NCBI GenBank assembly: GCA_963762145.1
Contig: CAVXJS010000021.1
Location: 672,001-736,000, forward strand
Direction of reading: 5' to 3'
Length of the DNA: 64,000 nucleotides
Source: an uncultured Candidatus Rokubacteria bacterium
Lineage (GTDB): Bacteria > Methylomirabilota > Methylomirabilia > Rokubacteriales > CSP1-6
Below are positions 18,980-29,017 of this stretch, in pieces; positions within the stretch are counted from its first letter, which is position 1; the number at the start of each line of letters is the position of its first letter. A model generated the notes under the pieces. The model saw only the letters and a program-made list of their open reading frames with translations. It did no database searches and was not told the origin of the DNA. The translations under genes were made by a program, and so were the position numbers.

Positions 18980-19831
18980 TTAGCGCACTCGGAGCCGCGG
19001 GTCCAGCACGTCTCGCAGTCCGTCACCGAGGAGGTTGAGGCTCAGCCCGGCCACCGTCAGCGCCAGGCCGGGGAACAGGCTCACCCAGAAGGCCTCGCGG
19101 ATGACGTTCTTGCCGCTCGCGATCACATTGCCCCACGACGGCACGTAGGGCGGCACCCCCACGCCGAGGAAGCCCAGGATCGCCTCGGCGAGGATCGCGT
19201 AGGCGAAGACGAAGCTGCCCTGCACGAGGAGCGGGCCCACGCAGTTGGGCAGGATGTGGCGCAGCGCGATCGCGCTGTCCCGCCGGCCGAGCGCGCGGGC
19301 GGCCTGGATGTAGTCCAGCTCGCGCAGGCTCAGCACCGTGCTGCGGATGATCATGGCGGTGCGCGGCATGTAGACGACCGAGAGCGCGAGGATCACGTTC
19401 CACACCCCGGGGCCGCGCGCGGCCATCAGCGCGATCGCGAGCAGGATGGCCGGGAAGGCCATGAGGCCGTCCATGCAGCGCATCACCGGCACGTCGAGAC
19501 GGCGCGAGTAGCCCGCCGCGAGCCCGATGACGATGCCCCCCGCCGAGGTCAGCAGCATGGTGGTGAGCCCGACCAGCAGGGAGACGCGGCTGCCGTGCAG
19601 CACCAGACTGTAGATGTCGCGCCCGAACTCGTCGGTACCAAGGTAGTGCTGCGCGCTCGGCGGCTGCAGCCGGTTGGCGGGCGTGAGCCGCGTGGGGTTG
19701 TGGGTGGACACCGCGTCGGCCAGGAGCGCGGCCGCGACCAGCAGGAGCAGGATCGCGGCGCCGGTCACCACGCCGCCGTTCCGGGCCAGCCGCCGCACCC
19801 AGCGCTGCCGCTCGGTGAGGGGCTCAATCAT
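18980..19831 (-). CDS. Peptide/nickel ABC transporter permease (DppC-like)
   Basis: LGTDEFGRD, GSRVSL, DYIQAARALG, RHILPN, LGDGLRDVLDPR. Confidence 0.95.
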   Translation of the reverse strand: MIEPLTERQRWVRRLARNGGVVTGAAILLLLVAAALLADAVSTHNPTRLTPANRLQPPSAQHYLGTDEFGRDIYSLVLHGSRVSLLVGLTTMLLTSAGGIVIGLAAGYSRRLDVPVMRCMDGLMAFPAILLAIALMAARGPGVWNVILALSVVYMPRTAMIIRSTVLSLRELDYIQAARALGRRDSAIALRHILPNCVGPLLVQGSFVFAYAILAEAILGFLGVGVPPYVPSWGNVIASGKNVIREAFWVSLFPGLALTVAGLSLNLLGDGLRDVLDPRLRVR

Positions 19832-20768
19832 AGCGGATCCGCGGGTCGATGAAGGCGTAGAGCACGTCCACCAGCAGGTTGATGAGCACGTAGACCGCCG
19901 CGGTCACCAGCACGACCCCCTGCACCACCGGGTAGTCGCGGCGCAGGATCGCGGAGATGACGAGGCGGCCCAGTCCCGGGATGTTGAACACGATCTCGGT
20001 CACCACCGCGCCCCCGATGAGCACCGCGGTGGTGACCCCGATCACGGTCACCACCGGCACCAGCGCGTTGCGGAAGGCGTGCACGTAGGTGACCGTGCGC
20101 GTGGGCAGGCCCTTGGCGCGCGCGGTGCGCACGTAGTCCTGCTGGAGCGCCTCCAGCATGCAGGAGCGGCTGATCCGCGCGATCAGGGCCGACTGGTTGA
20201 AGCCGAGCGAGACCGCGGGCAGCACCATGTAGCGCAGCGCGCTCACCGGCTCGGAGAAGACCGAGGCGTACCCCGCGGCGGGGAGCCACCCGAGGCGCAC
20301 CGCGAAGAGATAGATGAAGTTGAGGCTCAGCCAGAACCCGGGCACGCACACGCCGAGCAGCGAGCCCAGCATGAGCGTGCGATCCCAGATCGAGCCGCGG
20401 TGGGCCGCGGCCACGATGCCGGAGGGCACGCCGATGACCACCGCCACCAGCAGCGCGCAGGCCATCAGCATGAGGGTGGGCTCGGCGCGCTCGACGATCG
20501 CGGTCACCACCGGGCGGTCCAGGAAGTAGGACTGGCCCAGATCGCCGCGCAGCACGCGGGCGTAGAACCCCAGGAGCTGCTCGTGCACCGGCCGGTCGAG
20601 GCCGAGCGACCGCCGCGTGGCCTCGATCTGGGTCGGGGTCGCGTCGGGCCCCAGCATCACGCTCACCGGATCCCCGGGGATCAGGTGGATGAGCAGGAAC
20701 ACGACCGTCACCACCACCGCCATCACCGGGATGACGGCGAGGAGGCGCCGGATCAGGTACGCGAACAC
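19824..20768 (-). CDS. Peptide/nickel ABC transporter permease (DppB-like)
   Basis: YLIRRLL, IPGDP, GDLGQS, DYVRTARAKGL, HAFRNA, RDYPVVQG, DPRIR. Confidence 0.95.
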   Translation of the reverse strand: MFAYLIRRLLAVIPVMAVVVTVVFLLIHLIPGDPVSVMLGPDATPTQIEATRRSLGLDRPVHEQLLGFYARVLRGDLGQSYFLDRPVVTAIVERAEPTLMLMACALLVAVVIGVPSGIVAAAHRGSIWDRTLMLGSLLGVCVPGFWLSLNFIYLFAVRLGWLPAAGYASVFSEPVSALRYMVLPAVSLGFNQSALIARISRSCMLEALQQDYVRTARAKGLPTRTVTYVHAFRNALVPVVTVIGVTTAVLIGGAVVTEIVFNIPGLGRLVISAILRRDYPVVQGVVLVTAAVYVLINLLVDVLYAFIDPRIRYD

Positions 20769-20806
20769 GAAGACCGGTCAGCCGCGCGGGAACCCGCCAC
20801 GGGCGA

Positions 20807-21424
20807 CTACAGCGGCTTGATCGCGACCTTGCGGAACTTGATCACGCCGTCGCCGTGCTGCAGGGTGATGGGGCCTTCGGCGAACAGGCCGTTGTGGAGC
20901 TCGACGGTCTTCTGGCCGTTCAGGAGCACCGTGATCTGCCGGCCCTTGGCGGTGATCTCGAAGGTGTTCCACTTGCCGCCCGCCTTCGGCATTGGGTTCA
21001 CCTCGACGAAGTTGACGATCCCGCCGGTGCCGTAGGTGGGGTCCTTGCGCTGGTCGAAGATGTTCACCTCGTAGCAGGACCGGTCGGTGATCTTGGTGGG
21101 CTCCTGGCAGCGCAGGAAGATCCCGCTGTTGGCGTCGTCGCTCGCCCAGAACTCGACGTAGACCTGGAAGTCCTTGTACTTGGCCTTGCTGACGAGGTGC
21201 GCCGCGACGTCACCGGTTCGCTTGTCGGCGACGATCGCGCCGTCCTCCACCCGCCAGTTGCTCTCCCCGACCCGGTCCCATTCGGCGCCGATGGTCTTGC
21301 CGTCGAACAGCGTGATCCAGCCCGGGCCGGCCTGCGCCGACGCCCGGGAGACCGCGTGGACGGTGACGACCGCCAGGACGAGGCCCACCGCGAGGGCGAG
21401 GGCGCGGATCGATACCCGAGGCAT
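20807..21424 (-). CDS. DUF1080 (3-keto-disaccharide hydrolase-like) secreted protein
   Basis: Signal peptide, GWITLFDGK, ANSGIFLR, YEVNI.D, G.WNTFEI, GPITLQH, KFR. Confidence 0.9.
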   Translation of the reverse strand: MPRVSIRALALAVGLVLAVVTVHAVSRASAQAGPGWITLFDGKTIGAEWDRVGESNWRVEDGAIVADKRTGDVAAHLVSKAKYKDFQVYVEFWASDDANSGIFLRCQEPTKITDRSCYEVNIFDQRKDPTYGTGGIVNFVEVNPMPKAGGKWNTFEITAKGRQITVLLNGQKTVELHNGLFAEGPITLQHGDGVIKFRKVAIKPL

Positions 21425-21439
21425 GGTGGTCTCCCTCCC

Positions 21440-23005
21440 TTACTTCTCGAGCCAGACGTTGTAGAACCGAATGCGTTCGGTCGACTCGTTGAAGCCCTTC
21501 AGCGTGTTGCGCGCGGCCCGCAGGCCGAACAGGTCGCCGTACCGAATGACCGGCACCTTCTCGTAGAACTGGCGGGTCTGCTGCTCCCAGAGCGCCATGC
21601 GCTTCTTGGGATCGGTCTCGCGGGCCAGCTCCGCCTGCAGCTTCAGGATGCCCTCGTCGGTGGTCCACCCCGGCCAGCTCGCGGTGAGGTAGATGTGGTG
21701 GGTCGGGTCGTAGAAGGCGCCCATGCCGGTGGTGAAGACGTCGTACTCCTTGGAATTGTTCCGGCGCTTGACCAGGGTGGCCCAGTCCACCACCTGGAGG
21801 TCGATGTTGAAGCCGGCGTCCTCGAGCTGCTGCTTGCTGAGCAGCGCGAAGTCGTACATCCACTTGTACTCCTGGGTGGTCATGAAGCGGATCGGCTCCT
21901 TCTTGTAGCCCGCCTCCTGCAGGAGCCGCTTGGCCTTGTCCTTGTTCCGCTCATTCCAGGGCAGCCCCGAGATGTTGGTGTGCCAGGCCTTGATCTCCAC
22001 CGGGGCGAGGCTCGAATCCATCCGGTAGAACTCCTTCTTGCCACCCGCCACGTTCCGCATGATGGGCTCGATATCGATGGCGGCCTGCCAGGCCTGACGC
22101 AGCTTCTCGTTCGTCATCAGGCCTTCCTTCTTGTTGAAGACGGCCACGAGCCAGTAGTAGGGCTTCGAGACGATGGGGCGGGCGTTGGCATTGCCCTTGA
22201 GGCGGTCGAAGGCGTCGAGGTTGAGATCGTCGCCGAAGTCGAGCTCGCCGGTCTCCACCTGGGCCACCCGCGTCGCCACCTCCGGCACCGGGACCCAGCG
22301 GATCTCGTCCACCCACGCGGTCTTGCCGCCGCCGTAGCCGTTGGGCTTCTCGTTGCGCGACTTGTACTCCTCGAAGCGCACCATGCGGATGTACTGGTCG
22401 GGCTTCCACTCCGCGAGCTTGAAGGGGCCGGTGCCCACGTACTCGGTCGCCTTCACCTCGGGCGCGAACTTCTCGGCGATCTCCTTCGGATAGATCGCGC
22501 CGAAGTTGTTCGGCACCGCGAGCGAGATCAGCACGATGGCCGATTTCTCCTTGAGCTGCATCTGCACCGTCAGCGGGTCCACCGCGCGGAGCTCGGCCAC
22601 CTGGGCGAAGAGCGCCTTGCCGTAGATGGACTGCTTGCCCCAGCGGGTGAGCGACGCCACCACGTCCTCGCTGGTCATCTCCTTGCCGTTGTGGAACTTC
22701 ACGCCAGACCGGAGCTTGAAGGTGTAGGTGAGGCCGTCCTTGCTGACGGTGTGGCTCTCCGCGAGCATCGGGGTCGGCTTGTTCTCGCGGTCGAGGCTGT
22801 AGAGGCCCTCGTAGATGTGATTGGTCAGCGTCTCGGTGATGCTCGCGGTGGTCCAGTGCGCGTCGAGCGCGGGCGGCTCGCCGAGATTGCCCACCCGGAG
22901 CACGCCGCCCTTCTTCTGCGCGTCGGCGGGTCCCGCCGAGAGCGTGAGCAGGGCGGTCATCGCGAGCGCGGTCAGCCACCGGGGCGAGATCGTTCGACGC
23001 GCCAT
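21440..23005 (-). CDS. ABC transporter substrate-binding protein, family 5
   Basis: KKGGVLRV, EPP.LD, IYEGL, F.LR.GVKFHNG...TSEDV, VGTGPF. SD GGAGG. Confidence 0.95.
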   Translation of the reverse strand: MARRTISPRWLTALAMTALLTLSAGPADAQKKGGVLRVGNLGEPPALDAHWTTASITETLTNHIYEGLYSLDRENKPTPMLAESHTVSKDGLTYTFKLRSGVKFHNGKEMTSEDVVASLTRWGKQSIYGKALFAQVAELRAVDPLTVQMQLKEKSAIVLISLAVPNNFGAIYPKEIAEKFAPEVKATEYVGTGPFKLAEWKPDQYIRMVRFEEYKSRNEKPNGYGGGKTAWVDEIRWVPVPEVATRVAQVETGELDFGDDLNLDAFDRLKGNANARPIVSKPYYWLVAVFNKKEGLMTNEKLRQAWQAAIDIEPIMRNVAGGKKEFYRMDSSLAPVEIKAWHTNISGLPWNERNKDKAKRLLQEAGYKKEPIRFMTTQEYKWMYDFALLSKQQLEDAGFNIDLQVVDWATLVKRRNNSKEYDVFTTGMGAFYDPTHHIYLTASWPGWTTDEGILKLQAELARETDPKKRMALWEQQTRQFYEKVPVIRYGDLFGLRAARNTLKGFNESTERIRFYNVWLEK

Positions 23006-23121
23006 TCCAGCACCTCCAGAAAGCAAGCGGGTGGTCTCGGGTGCCAAGACTCTGCGATGCCGGCCGCGCCTTGTCAACCGCCGCGTGCCCCCCTTAGACT
23101 GTCGGCCGGAGGGACCCGACC

Positions 23122-23589
23122 ATGGGCGTCAGCGGCATCCTGCACACCGGCCTCACCGTGAGCGATCTGGACCGCTCGGTCGTGTTTTACCGCGACCTCC
23201 TCGGCCTCGAGCTGATCGCGCAGTGGGACAGCAGCCAGCCCTACCTGCGCGCGGTGGTCGGTTATCCGGACGCGGAGCTGCGCATCGCGCTGCTGCGCCT
23301 GCCCGCGGGGCCGGACGAGGCGCCCGGGCATCACATCGAGCTGCTCGAGTACCGCCGGCCGCGCGGGAGCCGGGGCGACGCCAACACCTACATTCCCGGC
23401 AACGGCCACGTGGCGTTCATGGTGGAGGACATCGACGCCACCTACGCCGATCTCCGGGCGAAGGGCGTGCGGTTCAAGTCGGCCCCGGTGGAGATCAACC
23501 ACGGGCGCAACGCGGGCGCCAAGGGGGTCTACTTCTTCGACCCCGACGACATCACGCTGGAGCTCATCCAGCCGGCGCGCCGGGCATGA
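23122..23589 (+). CDS. VOC/glyoxalase family protein
   Basis: HTGLTVSDLDRS..FY...LGL, IELLEY, HVAF.V, YF.DPD...LEL. Confidence 0.92.
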   Translation: MGVSGILHTGLTVSDLDRSVVFYRDLLGLELIAQWDSSQPYLRAVVGYPDAELRIALLRLPAGPDEAPGHHIELLEYRRPRGSRGDANTYIPGNGHVAFMVEDIDATYADLRAKGVRFKSAPVEINHGRNAGAKGVYFFDPDDITLELIQPARRA

Positions 23590-24353
23590 CGAGCCTAGAT
23601 CTCTTCCGGCTGGACGGGCAGACCGCGGTGGTGGTGGGCGGCGCGGGCGGACTGGGCGCGGCCATGGCCCGCGGCCTCGCCGAGGCCGGCGCCGCGGTCG
23701 CGGTGGCGGACTTCAAGGCGGGGCAGGCCAAGGTGGTGGCCGACGGGATCGTGAAGCACGGCGGCCGCGCGCTCGCGGTGGCGGTGGACGTGGCCGAGCG
23801 GGCGAGCGTGGAGCGCATGGCCGCAGAGACGGAGGCTCGGCTCGGCGCCATCGACGTGCTCGTCAACAGCGCGGGGATCACGCACCGGAGCTCGGCCGAC
23901 CAGTTCCCCGAGGCCGAGTGGCACCGCGTGATCGCGGTGAACCTGAGCGGGGTGTTCTGGGGCTGCCAGGTCGTGGGGCGGCGCATGCTCGCGCGCGGGC
24001 GCGGGTCCATCATCAACATCGCGTCCATCGCGGGCGAGATCGGCCTGACCGGCACCGTGGCCTACGCGGCCAGCAAGGGCGGGGTGGTGATGCTGACACG
24101 GGCCCTCGCCACGGAGTGGGCGCCGCAGCACGTGCGCGTCAACGCCATCGCGCCTTCGTGGTTCGAGTCCAACATCGGCGACCTGATCCACCGCGAGCCC
24201 AACTACGCCGAGCGCGCCATGCGCCGCGTCCCCATGGGCCGCATGGGCAAGCCCGACGAGCTGATCGGCGCCGCCCTCTACCTCGCCTCCGCCGCCTCCG
24301 CCATGGTCACCGGCCACGTGCTCGCCGTCGACGGCGGCACCCTGGCCTCGTAG
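23586..24353 (+). CDS. SDR family oxidoreductase (gluconate 5-dehydrogenase-like)
   Basis: LFRLDGQTAVVVGGAGGLG, NSAG, YAASKGG, VNAIAP, VDGG. ATGA overlap with the VOC gene. Confidence 0.92.
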   Translation: MTSLDLFRLDGQTAVVVGGAGGLGAAMARGLAEAGAAVAVADFKAGQAKVVADGIVKHGGRALAVAVDVAERASVERMAAETEARLGAIDVLVNSAGITHRSSADQFPEAEWHRVIAVNLSGVFWGCQVVGRRMLARGRGSIINIASIAGEIGLTGTVAYAASKGGVVMLTRALATEWAPQHVRVNAIAPSWFESNIGDLIHREPNYAERAMRRVPMGRMGKPDELIGAALYLASAASAMVTGHVLAVDGGTLAS

Positions 24354-24358
24354 CCGGT

Positions 24359-24402
24359 TCCGGCCGCCCGATTCTACGCGGTAAGAGATTCGGGCGGCCG
24401 GA
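24359..24402. terminator. 13-bp GC-rich stem-loop after the SDR stop (no U tract)
   Basis: TCCGGCCGCCCGA / TCGGGCGGCCGGA, perfect arms. Confidence 0.45.
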
Positions 24403-24454
24403 GACATCGGCGCGCAAGTCCCGGCCCGCGCGGGGGAATCGGTCAATCATTCCC

Positions 24455-24469
24455 TGGCACATCGCTTGC
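24455..24469 (+). promoter_or_regulatory. Sigma54 (-24/-12) promoter
   Basis: TGGCAC-ATCGC-TTGC upstream of SD AAGGAG and ATG 24514. Confidence 0.75.
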
Positions 24470-24513
24470 GTCTCTCTGGAATCACACGGGCAGACAAAAA
24501 GGAGAGACATGCC

Positions 24514-24976
24514 ATGGCGAACATCGAGAAGTCCATCGACGTGGAGGTGCCGGTTCGCACCGCGTACAACCAGTGGACCCAGTTCGAGGAGTTTCCGAGC
24601 TTCATGGAGGGCGTCGACCTCGGTCGCCCAGCTCGACGACCGGCAACTGCGCTGGCAGGCGAACGTCGGGGGCAAGGACAAGGAGTGGACCTCCGAGATC
24701 ACGGAGCAGCGGCCCGACGAGCGCGTGGCGTGGAAGAGCACGTCCGGCGCGAAGAACGCGGGCGTGGTCACGTTCCATCGCCTCGCCGATCGGAAGACCC
24801 GCGTGATGCTCCAGCTCGAGTACGACCCGGAAGGCATGGTCGAGAACGTGGGCGACGCGGTCGGTCTCGTGACCGGCCGGGTGAGCCGCGACCTCACGCG
24901 CTTCAAGGACTACATCGAATCACGCCAGCGCGAGACCGGCGCCTGGCGCGGCGAAGTCCCCGCCAAGGGCCTGTAG
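24514..24976 (+). CDS. SRPBCC/cyclase family protein (one frameshift near 24617)
   Basis: IEKSIDVEVPVRTAYNQWTQFEEFP.FMEGV continues in another frame as QLDD..L.W, ITEQ.PDERVAWKS, DL.RFK..IE.R..ETGAWRG. Confidence 0.88.
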
Positions 24977-24982
24977 AAGGGG

Positions 24983-25063
24983 GGTCTTACATTCCTACAT
25001 TTTCGCCAAGCGCGCCCTCTTCGCGGATCGCCAACAAAATGTAGGAATGTAAGACCTGACCCC
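24983..25063. repeat. AT-richer 21-bp perfect inverted repeat element (family C, MITE/REP-like)
   Basis: GGTCTTACATTCCTACATTTT (24983-25003) / AAAATGTAGGAATGTAAGACC (25036-25056), followed by TGACCCC. Confidence 0.8.
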
Positions 25064-25068
25064 AGAGA

Positions 25069-25830
25069 CTAAGCGCCCAGCGCTTCGTGCACCGCGAGCG
25101 TGAGCGCGCCGAAGTCGGCGCCCGCGCGCGAGGTGACCGTGCGCGGGCGCGGCAGCGGCACGTCGAACACGCGCGCCAGCCGCCCCGGGCGCGGCGTCAT
25201 CACCACCACGCGGTCGGCGAGGAAGACCGCCTCCGGGATCGAGTGCGTGACGAACACGATGGTCTTGCGCTCGCGGCTGCCCCTCGCCCCAGACGCGCAG
25301 CAGCTCGAGGTTCATCTCGTCGCGGGTCATCGCGTCGAGCGCGCCGAAGGGCTCGTCCATCAGCAGGAGCGGCGGATCGAGCAGCAGCGCGCGGCAGAGC
25401 GAGGCGCGCTGCTGCATGCCGCCCGACAGCTCGCGCGGCAGCTTGCCCGCGAACTCGGCGAGGCCGACCAGCCGCAGCAGCTCCGCCGCCCGGCTCCGGT
25501 AGGCGGCGGGTCGAGCCCCGACGAGCTCGGCGGGCAGCAGCACGTTGTCGATCGATGGTGCGCCACTTGAGCAGCACCGGCGCCTGGAACACCATGCCGA
25601 CCTCGGCAGCGGCCCCGTGACCGGGCGCCCGTCCACCTCGACCCGGCCGCGGTCGGCGGCCGCAGCCCCGCGATGATGCGCAGCAGCGTGGACTTGCCGC
25701 AGCCGCGACGGCCCGACGAGGGCCACCAGCTCGCCGCGCCCCACCCCGAAGGTCGATGTCCCGCAGCGCCTCGACCGTGCCGGATGCCGTCGTGTAGGTC
25801 ATCCCCACACGGTCGAGGCGGATCGAGCAT
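25069..25830 (-). CDS. NitT/TauT ABC transporter ATP-binding protein (multiply frameshifted)
   Basis: GPSGCGKST split across frames, [38 protein letters not shown]. Confidence 0.88.
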
Positions 25831-25834
25831 CGCG

Positions 25835-26883
25835 TCACGCCGCGACGATCGCGGGCGGACCAGCTTCGGCAGCTCCATCTTGGTCAGGAACTCGTTGGTG
25901 TAGACCGCCTTGCACTCCACCTTGGTCGGCACGCCCATGTACGTGTTGACCAGGTCCACCGACTCGCACATCTTCTTCTCCTCCATCCAGCCGATGCCGT
26001 TCTTCGCGTAGCGGTCGGTCTTCATCAGGTCGAGCCCCATCATCATGTTGGGCTCGATGATCGAGAGGTCGATCTCGGGCACCCGCTTCTTGAAGATCTC
26101 GAGCGCGGACTTCGGGTCGCTCCATCACGTCGCGCCAGCCCATGTACGACGCCTCGAGGAACGCCCGCAGCACCTTCGGCCGGCTCCTTCATCGTCTTCT
26201 CGCTCGCGATGATCGACATGCTGTACATGTCGAAGCCGTGGTCGGCCCACGGCATCATGACCGCGTTGCCCTTCCCATGGCCTTCTCGTAGAACGGCAGG
26301 CCGGTGGTGTAGTCGGCCACCGCGTCCACGCGCTTCTCGGCCAGCGCGGGCGACCTTGGCCGCGGGCTCGATGTTGACCCACGTCACCTTGGTCTGGTCG
26401 ATCCCGTGGAGCTGGCGAAGGCGGGGAACATCTGCCGCTGGCCGTCGCCCGGCGGCGCGCCACGTCTTGCCCTCGAGGTCCTTGGGCTTGGTGATCGGCG
26501 CGTCCTTGCGGCTCCAGATGTTCAGCGGGCTCTTGTCGAAGACCATGCCGACCACCTTCACCTTCGCCCCGCGGGCCGACGAGCGCGATGACCACCGCGC
26601 TGTCGGCGAGGCCGACGTCGGCGCGCCCGGTGTCCACCTTGGCGATCGAGTCGCCCGAGCCCTTGGAGTTCTGCATTCCACGTCGAGGCCGCGCTGCCTG
26701 TAGTAGCCCTTCTCCAGCGCCACCCAGTAGGCCGCGTGGTCGCCCACCGGCGAACCAGTTGAGCGCGAAGACCACCTTCTGCGGCGGCTGCTGGGCCGAT
26801 GGGGTGTCGGGCGCGAGCGCCATCCCGAGCCCGACGATGGCGAGCGCGAGAGCGAGCGTGACGAGAATCGAGTGACGTCGCAT
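25835..26883 (-). CDS. NMT1/THI5-like ABC substrate-binding protein (multiply frameshifted)
   Basis: Signal peptide, FALNW, HAAYWVALEKGYY..GLDV, GSG, PKDLEGK, VYTNEF, pieced across frames. SD AGGAGG. Confidence 0.85.
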
Positions 26884-26896
26884 GGAATGTCCTCCT

Positions 26897-27664
26897 TTAC
26901 TCCACGGTTTCGGCCCACGGGGCGATCAGCCGCGCGGCCAGCACCACCAGGCCGTACACCGCGAGGCCGACCAGCGAGATCCAGACCAGCGCCGCGAAGG
27001 CCACCGGCGTGTTCATGCTCCCCTGGGTGGTGACGATCACGTAGCCGAGCCCCTGCTGCGAGGCGACGAACTCCCCGACGATGGCGCCCACCACCGCCGC
27101 CGTCGCGGTGATCTTGAGCGCGCTCAGGATGTACGGATAGGCGTTCGGGATGCGGATCTTGGCGAAGACCTTCCACTTCGGCGCGTTGAACACGCGCCCC
27201 AGGTCCAGCAACTCGTCGTCCACCTGGGTCAGGCCCACCGCGGTGTTGATGACGACGGGAAAGAACCCGATGAGCGCCCCGATCAGCATGTTGGGCAGCA
27301 CGCCGTAGCCCATCCAGAGCAGGAAGAGGGGCGCCACCGCCACCTTCGGAAGCGTGTTGACGAAGACCAGGAAGGGCAGCAGGGCCCGCGCGAGCAGCGG
27401 CGACCACGCGACCACCACTCCGAGCGCCACTCCCGCCGCGCCGGCCAGCGCGAAGGCCCCCACGATCTCGAGCGATGTGATGCCGAGATGCCGCAGCCAC
27501 GGGATCTCGTCGCCCACCATCGCCCGCGCCACCGTCAGCGGCGCGGGCAGCAGGTACTCGCGCACCTGGAGCACGGTCACCGCGAGCTGCCAGGCCACGA
27601 GGAGCGCGACGAAGAGCGCGGCGGCGGGGAGATATCGGGCGAGCGCGCGTCCGGTGCCGGTCAT
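26897..27664 (-). CDS. NitT/TauT ABC transporter permease
   Basis: LLPAP, PKVAVAPL..LW.G.G, FFPVVINT..G, AVVGAIVGEF..S..GLG. Confidence 0.93.
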   Translation of the reverse strand: MTGTGRALARYLPAAALFVALLVAWQLAVTVLQVREYLLPAPLTVARAMVGDEIPWLRHLGITSLEIVGAFALAGAAGVALGVVVAWSPLLARALLPFLVFVNTLPKVAVAPLFLLWMGYGVLPNMLIGALIGFFPVVINTAVGLTQVDDELLDLGRVFNAPKWKVFAKIRIPNAYPYILSALKITATAAVVGAIVGEFVASQQGLGYVIVTTQGSMNTPVAFAALVWISLVGLAVYGLVVLAARLIAPWAETVE

Positions 27665-27738
27665 CGGAGAGCACGGCCATAGTACTCGACGCGCCCGGGG
27701 TGCGGGAGGGCAATGTGCTAGGCTCTAGCTTCGCTGCC

Positions 27739-29013
27739 GTGCACACCCTCACCTTCCTCGAGCCCGGTCACTTCCACGCGACGCTCACCCTCAAGGCGCC
27801 GCACGCCGCCGTCTCGCCGGAGATCTTCGTCTACGCGACCGCGGGCCCCGAGCTGGACGATTTCCTGGCGCTGGTCGAGCGCTTCAACACCCGCGCGGAG
27901 CGCCCCACCGCCTGGCGGCCCCGCGTGCGGCTCTCCGCCGATCCCCTCGCCCAGCTCATCGTCGAGCGGCCGGGCGACGTGGTGGTGCTGGCCGGGAAGA
28001 ACGGCGGCAAGGCCCGGGTGATGCGCCGCCTCCACGCCTCCGGCCTCCACGTGCTGGCCGACAAGCCGTGGCTGGTGACGGCGGCGGATCTCCCCGAGAT
28101 CCAGGCGAGCCTGGCCGGCGGCCCGATCGCCCGCGAGATGATGACCGGCCGGCGCGACACGATCGGCCGCCTCGTGAAGCGGCTGGTGGACGACGAGGCG
28201 GTGTTCGGCGGCTTCGCCACCGACGCGGCACGGCCCGGCATCGAGCAGGAGAGCGTCCACCACTTCGAGAAGCGCGTGGACGGCGCGCCGCTCCGCCGCC
28301 CGTGGTGGTTCTTCGACGCGCGCGTCCAGGGCAGCGGGGCGGTGGACATTCCCACCCACCAGGTCGACCAGGCCCAATGGCTGCTCGACGCCGACGCCGC
28401 GCCCGGCGACGCGCCGGCCCTGCTCACCGCGCGCGGCTGGTCCACGCGGGTGCCGGTGGACGTCTTCACCCGCATCACCGGCGCGGGTGAGGTGCCGGCC
28501 GAGCTGCGCGGCGCGGTCGACGGCGACGCGCTCCGCGTCTTCTGCAACGCGGAGATGGCCTACCGGCTCCGCGGCGTGACCGTGCGCGCGGCCACCCGCT
28601 GGGAGGTGTCCGCTCCGCCCGGCGGCGGCGACACCTCGCGCCTCGTCCTGCGCGGCCGGGCCGCGACGATCCAGGTCGAGGTGAGCGAGGAGACGGGCTT
28701 CCGGCGCCGCGTGGTCGTCGAGGCCCGGGGCGACGCCACCGAGACCGCGCGCCATCTCGCCCGGATCCTGGCCGGCGGGGAGTGGCCGGGAGCGCGGGCC
28801 CGCGCGGTGGACGCCGCGCGCTACGAGCTCGACGTGCCCCCGGCGCTCGACGTGGGCCACGAGGCTCATTTCGCCGAGCTCCTCGGCGAGCTGCTGGGCT
28901 GGATCGACACGGGCCACCGGCCCGCCGCGCTCGCCACGCGCACGCTGGCCAAGTACTCGCTCCTGGCCGAGGCCGCCGCGTCCACCGCGCGCGACGAGGC
29001 CGCCGCGCGCTGA
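27739..29013 (+). CDS. Gfo/Idh/MocA-like oxidoreductase with 'putative oxidoreductase C-terminal' domain
   Basis: LEPGHFHA.L, VVVLAG.N, G.HVLADKP, ESVHHF.K, LRRP.W.FD..QG.G.VD..TH, GHEAHF. Confidence 0.75.
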   Translation: MHTLTFLEPGHFHATLTLKAPHAAVSPEIFVYATAGPELDDFLALVERFNTRAERPTAWRPRVRLSADPLAQLIVERPGDVVVLAGKNGGKARVMRRLHASGLHVLADKPWLVTAADLPEIQASLAGGPIAREMMTGRRDTIGRLVKRLVDDEAVFGGFATDAARPGIEQESVHHFEKRVDGAPLRRPWWFFDARVQGSGAVDIPTHQVDQAQWLLDADAAPGDAPALLTARGWSTRVPVDVFTRITGAGEVPAELRGAVDGDALRVFCNAEMAYRLRGVTVRAATRWEVSAPPGGGDTSRLVLRGRAATIQVEVSEETGFRRRVVVEARGDATETARHLARILAGGEWPGARARAVDAARYELDVPPALDVGHEAHFAELLGELLGWIDTGHRPAALATRTLAKYSLLAEAAASTARDEAAAR

Positions 29014-29017
29014 CCCC

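Noticed and set aside
20855-23161. Long antisense ORFs (also 53069-55393, 4638-6017, 29189-30520)
   Set aside because: They mirror well-supported genes on the other strand and have no motifs of their own.
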